A stretch of DNA of 64,000 nucleotides from Candidatus Hecatella orcuttiae. GTDB lineage: Archaea > Thermoproteota > Bathyarchaeia > Hecatellales > Hecatellaceae. Position 1 is the first letter of the stretch, and each line of letters opens with the position of its first letter. Under the pieces are notes generated by a model, which saw only the letters and a program-made list of their open reading frames with translations, had not been told where the DNA came from and did not search any database. The translations under genes were made by a program, and so were the position numbers. Below are positions 60,062 to 64,000 of the stretch, piece by piece. Where the stretch lies: NCBI GenBank assembly GCA_002011035.2, contig MTLY02000003.1:192001-256000 (forward strand), read 5' to 3'.

Positions 60062-60298
60062 ATGCAGGTTCAGGTTAAGACGCCTCCCGGCGTCGAGCTG
60101 AAAGACCGTCGGTCTTGCACCCGCTGCGCCCACCTCAACATCTGCGCCGTCTTCAGGGCCGTCGCCCCGCTGCTGGAAAGCTTCAAGGGCAAGGACGGAC
60201 AGGGCAAGCCGCCCTTCGACGCCAGGAGGCTGGCGGAGGTCTGCGATGAGTATCTCCCCGGCTACCGGGTGATGGAGGAGCCGAAGATCGAGCCGTGA
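60062..60298 (+). CDS. Small Cys-rich protein
   Basis: CTRCAHLNIC...C. Confidence 0.65.
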   Translation: MQVQVKTPPGVELKDRRSCTRCAHLNICAVFRAVAPLLESFKGKDGQGKPPFDARRLAEVCDEYLPGYRVMEEPKIEP

Positions 60299-60321
60299 AG
60301 GCGGCCCTTTCGGGGATGACC

Positions 60322-60498
60322 GTGGCCGACACCATCACCGTCTACCATCCGAAGACAGGGAGGAGGCTGAGGCTGGAAAGAACGGGCTCAGACCGGAAGC
60401 TGGGCATCTGCTACTACGCTGACAGGAAGCAGGGCGTCTACGTCGAAGACCGGTCTTCCTTTGACCAGGAAAACGAAATCGAAATCATCTTTCACTAG
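60322..60498 (+). CDS. Hypothetical protein
   Basis: GTG 10 nt after motif. Confidence 0.55.
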   Translation: MADTITVYHPKTGRRLRLERTGSDRKLGICYYADRKQGVYVEDRSSFDQENEIEIIFH

Positions 60499-60522
60499 CC
60501 CCGCAATTTCCGGGGAACCGTC

Positions 60523-60804
60523 TTGAAATGTGCGGCTAAAAGCCTCGTCGAAGACAGGGGTCTGAGGCTGTGCCCGCACGGGCACTCCCTCGAAACCGTG
60601 GACAGGCCCTCCCGGCGGCTGTGCGGAGGCTGCGAGTTTCTGAAGCCCTCCAGGTTCGCCGTGGTCACCGAGGTTGGAGGGCGGAGGCTGACGGCGGCCT
60701 ACTACGACAGCTTGGAGGAAGCGGAGAGGGCGGCTGCGGCCCTGACCGAGGGCAGCATGAGCAACCCTCGGGCTGGATGCGTCTACAGAGTGGAGGAAGC
60801 TTAG
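60523..60804 (+). CDS. Hypothetical protein
   Basis: TTG 11 nt after motif. Confidence 0.6.
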   Translation: MKCAAKSLVEDRGLRLCPHGHSLETVDRPSRRLCGGCEFLKPSRFAVVTEVGGRRLTAAYYDSLEEAERAAAALTEGSMSNPRAGCVYRVEEA

Positions 60805-61072
60805 GGAAGGCGGCCGCCTGACCTTTCGGGGTTAGGAAAGTTCCACACCGTCGGGGGTAGTCTTGAGCTTCAAAAAATATGAAGCCCAGTTCACCGCTTT
60901 AGCTAAACTCTTCAGGTCCTACGCCGACAGAAGGCACGTCGAGAGGCTGAAAACTTCCATTCGGAAGAAAATAGCGTGTTCTCCGAAAGAGTACGAACAG
61001 TTTGTGAGGAAAGCGAGTGAAAGTATCACAGAAACATCATAAACTATATATCTAAGGATATTATATTATACT

Positions 61073-61255
61073 TTGAGAGGCTCAAGGGTATTGAAAAGAG
61101 TCTTAGTCTGCTTACCTGAGGGTGTTTGGGAAGTCATAGAAAAGGAGTTTAAAGGTAAGCTTGGAGGAAAAAGTTCTGAAATTTTAAGAAACATAATAAT
61201 GGCTTACCTTTCAGAAAAAGGTATTCTCGAGAAGGTTAGGGAGGTCAAAGCTTGA
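61073..61255 (+). CDS. Ribbon-helix-helix regulator (possible R-M controller)
   Basis: KRVLVCLPE...SEILRNIIMAYL. Confidence 0.7.
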   Translation: MRGSRVLKRVLVCLPEGVWEVIEKEFKGKLGGKSSEILRNIIMAYLSEKGILEKVREVKA

Positions 61256-61296
61256 GCAAGAGAAGAAACTCCCTTAGAGAGCTAGATTAAGAGAAA

Positions 61297-62253
61297 TTGA
61301 ATAATGGGGAAAATAGTATGTGGAAAGTTTATCTTGCGGATTGTTTTGAATGGATGAAGAAATGTGAACCTAACGAGTTTATAGCCATAGTTACTGATCC
61401 ACCCTACAGTCTAGAAGAGTTTAAACGTGAAAACTTAGAGAAAATGAAACGTGGGAGCGGAGGGGTATGGCGTATACCACCTAAAATAGGGGGGGTTGAG
61501 AGGAATCCATTACCTCGCTTTACAGTTTTCTCGGCAGAACATCATAAAATTATGTTTAACTTCTTTCACAATTGGGCTAAACTGGCTTATAGGGTGCTTG
61601 TACCTGGCGGGCATCTTGTAATAGCCTCAACACCAATTTTTCTTCCTACGGTTGCACATGCCATCATAGAAGGGGGGTTTGAGCCTAGAGGCGTAATAGT
61701 CAGACTTGTTCAAACGTTAAGGGGAGGATTTAGACCCAAAAATGCAGAAGAAGAATTTAAGGAATTGTCTACGATACCTAGAGCACATTGGGAGCCTTGG
61801 GCGATATTCCGAAAACCTATCGAGAAAGGGTCAACAGTGGCGGAGAACTTGAAAAAATGGAAGTCCGGGGCCTTAAAAAGAGAACCCGACGGAAGACCGT
61901 TCCCTGACGTTATACCGAGTGAAAGAACCCCCAAAGAGGAGGAGGCTATAGCACCCCACCCTACACTTAAACCCCAAAGTTTTATGCGTAGAATAATACG
62001 AGCAGTAGTGCCACTTAATGAAGGAAAAGTGCTTGATCCATTTTGTGGAGCTGGTTCAACCATAGCGGCTATCGAAGCCCTAGGTTTTGACGGTATTGGC
62101 ATAGAGGTTAACCCTGAATATTATGAAATGGCCCTTAAAGCTATTCCTCAATTAGCGAGGGTAAATGTTGACCCATGGCTCTTTGAAAGGAGAATAAATA
62201 AAGGGAGTAAAATGTTAGTGTTAACAGAATTTCTGTTAAAAGAAGGATGCTAA
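61297..62253 (+). CDS. DNA N4/N6 methyltransferase (beta class)
   Basis: TDPPY, HPTLKP, LDPFCGAGST. Confidence 0.93.
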   Translation: MNNGENSMWKVYLADCFEWMKKCEPNEFIAIVTDPPYSLEEFKRENLEKMKRGSGGVWRIPPKIGGVERNPLPRFTVFSAEHHKIMFNFFHNWAKLAYRVLVPGGHLVIASTPIFLPTVAHAIIEGGFEPRGVIVRLVQTLRGGFRPKNAEEEFKELSTIPRAHWEPWAIFRKPIEKGSTVAENLKKWKSGALKREPDGRPFPDVIPSERTPKEEEAIAPHPTLKPQSFMRRIIRAVVPLNEGKVLDPFCGAGSTIAAIEALGFDGIGIEVNPEYYEMALKAIPQLARVNVDPWLFERRINKGSKMLVLTEFLLKEGC

Positions 62254-62814
62254 GTTACTTTTCCCAAGATTACGTTCAAAGACTTTTTTCATCTTTTTAT
62301 CCCAAGATTTTTTCTCAACAGAAGCCGTTATCGTCCTCTTGCTTTCATCGCTTCTTCCACGCCATATGAAGTCGTCTTCAGATAATTCTCCAAGCCAAAC
62401 TACTCTAAAACTTGGTAGTCCTCTATCATCTGTGTCATATTCAGCTACAAGAAACCAACCGCTTGTAACGTTATGTCCTACAGTACTCCAAGGGCTTCTC
62501 ATCGTAGCTTTAACTTCGATTCCTACGCCAGTAGTCGGATTCTTCAGGTCTGGAAAAGCCGTATTTGGAAGTTTTTTAAACCCGCTTAACCTATCTAGCA
62601 ACCTTGTCATAAAATCGCTAACTAAGCCACTATATTGATTATGTCTAATTAATTGAGCAAGAGGTGGAATGTCATGAGTTGCTGAGCCATCATTTATTGC
62701 CTTAAATATTTTCTTAACTTCTAACAGTGTTTTCTCTAAATGTTCTATTGTAAGTCCTTTAGGCATAGGTACATCATAGAAAATGCCATCAAGCATTTCT
62801 GACCTCTTATTCAT
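62236..62814 (-). CDS. Putative type II restriction endonuclease
   Basis: FPDL...GIEVKAT PD-(D/E)XK motif; convergent with the MTase; low GC. Confidence 0.75.
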   Translation of the reverse strand: MNKRSEMLDGIFYDVPMPKGLTIEHLEKTLLEVKKIFKAINDGSATHDIPPLAQLIRHNQYSGLVSDFMTRLLDRLSGFKKLPNTAFPDLKNPTTGVGIEVKATMRSPWSTVGHNVTSGWFLVAEYDTDDRGLPSFRVVWLGELSEDDFIWRGRSDESKRTITASVEKKSWDKKMKKVFERNLGKSNLASFF

Positions 62815-62985
62815 TTATCATCTCCTTTAATTAATAACGGTAGCAAAATATTTAAGTCATCATGACAAAGTTCACAGAACCGCCTTAAAGAATCTATAAC
62901 TTCCTTTCGGGGATCGAGGAAAGTGCTGGAATGGGTGAAAGCTTAAACAGAGCGACCCAACCCTTTTTTCGGGGGATGAAACAGG

Positions 62986-63420
62986 TTGGTGCATTTTCTG
63001 GAGAGAGATGAAAGCGAGGAGGTCCACAGCTACGACCTGCCGTTGGGCTACCAGTCCTTCAAAGACGCCAAGAGCCTGTATGTGAGGGAGAAGATCAAAA
63101 AAGCCGAGTGGAAGGACCGCTGGTACATCGTCGACCTGCTGTGGCTTGAGGCCTGCGTCCTAGACCCCCCGCGCTCGTGGGCCTATGGCATGAAGTGCGA
63201 CCACCTCATCCAGAGGTACTTCGACGACTGGCTGGCCATCCTCCAGGAGCTGAGACCCAAAGACTGGCGGAAGTTCGTGGAAGAAGAGAAAAAGTGGAAC
63301 CCCCACCTCTTCGAGTCTGAGGAAGAGCGCAGGCGGAAGCTGGAACGGCAGCGCGAAGAAGAGCGGCGGGAGACTGAGAGAATCAAGCGGAGCTGGATAG
63401 AGCTCGGCGGTAGGGAATAA
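62986..63420 (+). CDS. Hypothetical protein
   Basis: 144-aa ORF after motif. Confidence 0.65.
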   Translation: MVHFLERDESEEVHSYDLPLGYQSFKDAKSLYVREKIKKAEWKDRWYIVDLLWLEACVLDPPRSWAYGMKCDHLIQRYFDDWLAILQELRPKDWRKFVEEEKKWNPHLFESEEERRRKLERQREEERRETERIKRSWIELGGRE

Positions 63421-63922
63421 GCTCCCTGGGCACCGGACCCTCCCCCTCAGGAGGAGATATACTGGTTTCGCTCACCGGCTCCGTCCAGAAAGCCGGCACC
63501 TTTTCTCCCACCGCCGCCTCGTTGTATTCCCTCAGAGCCTTCTCCAGCTCCTTGCCTACGCCGTCGTTCGGATAGTCGTAGAAGACCACCGTTATTACCG
63601 TGTTCCCTTCGACGTCGCGCCTCCACTTCCCTACGCTGTCCCACTGTGTGTAGGCCTTCAGGAACTCAAAGAGCTTCTCCTTATGCTTGGGAACCACTAC
63701 GGTAAGCCTTTCGGGCTTCGTTTTAAACTCGTCCTTTACGAAGAGGAAGCTGAAGATTTTTTTCCTAGCCTCCAAAGCCTTCGGGGAAAGCCTGTCGAAG
63801 GAAGGTGGGGCCGCAGCCTTCTTCAACAGCCCGTGCTTTACCAGAAACTTTCCCCCAGCCTTCCGCCGGGGCGCAAGCTCTCTGAAACTTTTTCTGAGCC
63901 GCTCGGAGAAGGTTCTGCCCAC
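63383..63922 (-). CDS. Hypothetical protein
   Basis: 179-aa ORF with AGGTGA SD. Confidence 0.6.
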   Translation of the reverse strand: MGRTFSERLRKSFRELAPRRKAGGKFLVKHGLLKKAAAPPSFDRLSPKALEARKKIFSFLFVKDEFKTKPERLTVVVPKHKEKLFEFLKAYTQWDSVGKWRRDVEGNTVITVVFYDYPNDGVGKELEKALREYNEAAVGEKVPAFWTEPVSETSISPPEGEGPVPRELIPYRRALSSSA

Positions 63923-64000
63923 GGCTGCTCACCTGAAAAATTCGGGGATGCGCCGTGTTCGAGGAGCTGGGCGACGAGGAGCTGAAGAGCCGCTACCTCA

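Larger units (their letters stand above)
52176..63948 (+). repeat. Dispersed YYTTTCGGGG motif, about 30 copies, placed before start codons
   Basis: GGGG begins at 52181, 52475, 52635, 52786, 53540, 53754, 53918, 54119, 54701, 54925, 55049, 55394, 55592, 55776, 56103, 56441, 57436, 57585, 57714, 58227, 59378, 59630, 59787, 60049, 60312, 60512, 60828, 62909, 62971, 63783, 63944. Confidence 0.92.
37026..64000. mobile_element. tRNA-Asp-integrated element (right end beyond window)
   Basis: Integrase abuts tRNA 3' end, GC rises sharply, cargo is defence/repair genes and many small ORFs; no attR seen. Confidence 0.8.

Noticed and set aside
52176-63948. Motif array as a CRISPR-like or classical integron attC array
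   Set aside because: The motif is only about 8-10 nt, irregularly spaced and lacks attC-type inverted boxes.

Overview
Archaeal chromosomal window. A fused RpoA'/A'', single RpoB, intron-rich tRNAs, a cbf5 intron and ackA-pta suggest a TACK archaeon, probably Bathyarchaeia-like (inference). Bases 1-36.9 kb are mostly housekeeping: an unusual acp-thiolase-DUF35-pta-ackA operon facing acpS, POR, the exosome/cbf5 cluster, the RNAP and ribosomal protein cluster, and tRNAs with 1, 2 and 4 BHB introns. From tRNA-Asp (about 37.0 kb) to the window end lies an integrated mobile element. It carries a tyrosine integrase, a decayed PolB2 module, and a four-gene type III CRISPR-Cas system with a 21-spacer array and a CARF-HEPN effector. 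A 12-kb co-oriented array of short genes follows. The strongest candidate for a new system is this array. Almost every gene is preceded, at near-constant spacing, by a YYTTTCGGGG motif (about 30 copies). The array is headed by a roughly 510-nt highly structured non-coding RNA-like region containing the motif's complement, CCCCGAAGGG. The element also has a DUF932 gene split by a tRNA-type BHB intron, and one CRISPR spacer that carries the complement of the same motif. All structure and homology calls were made by eye, and no searches were run.
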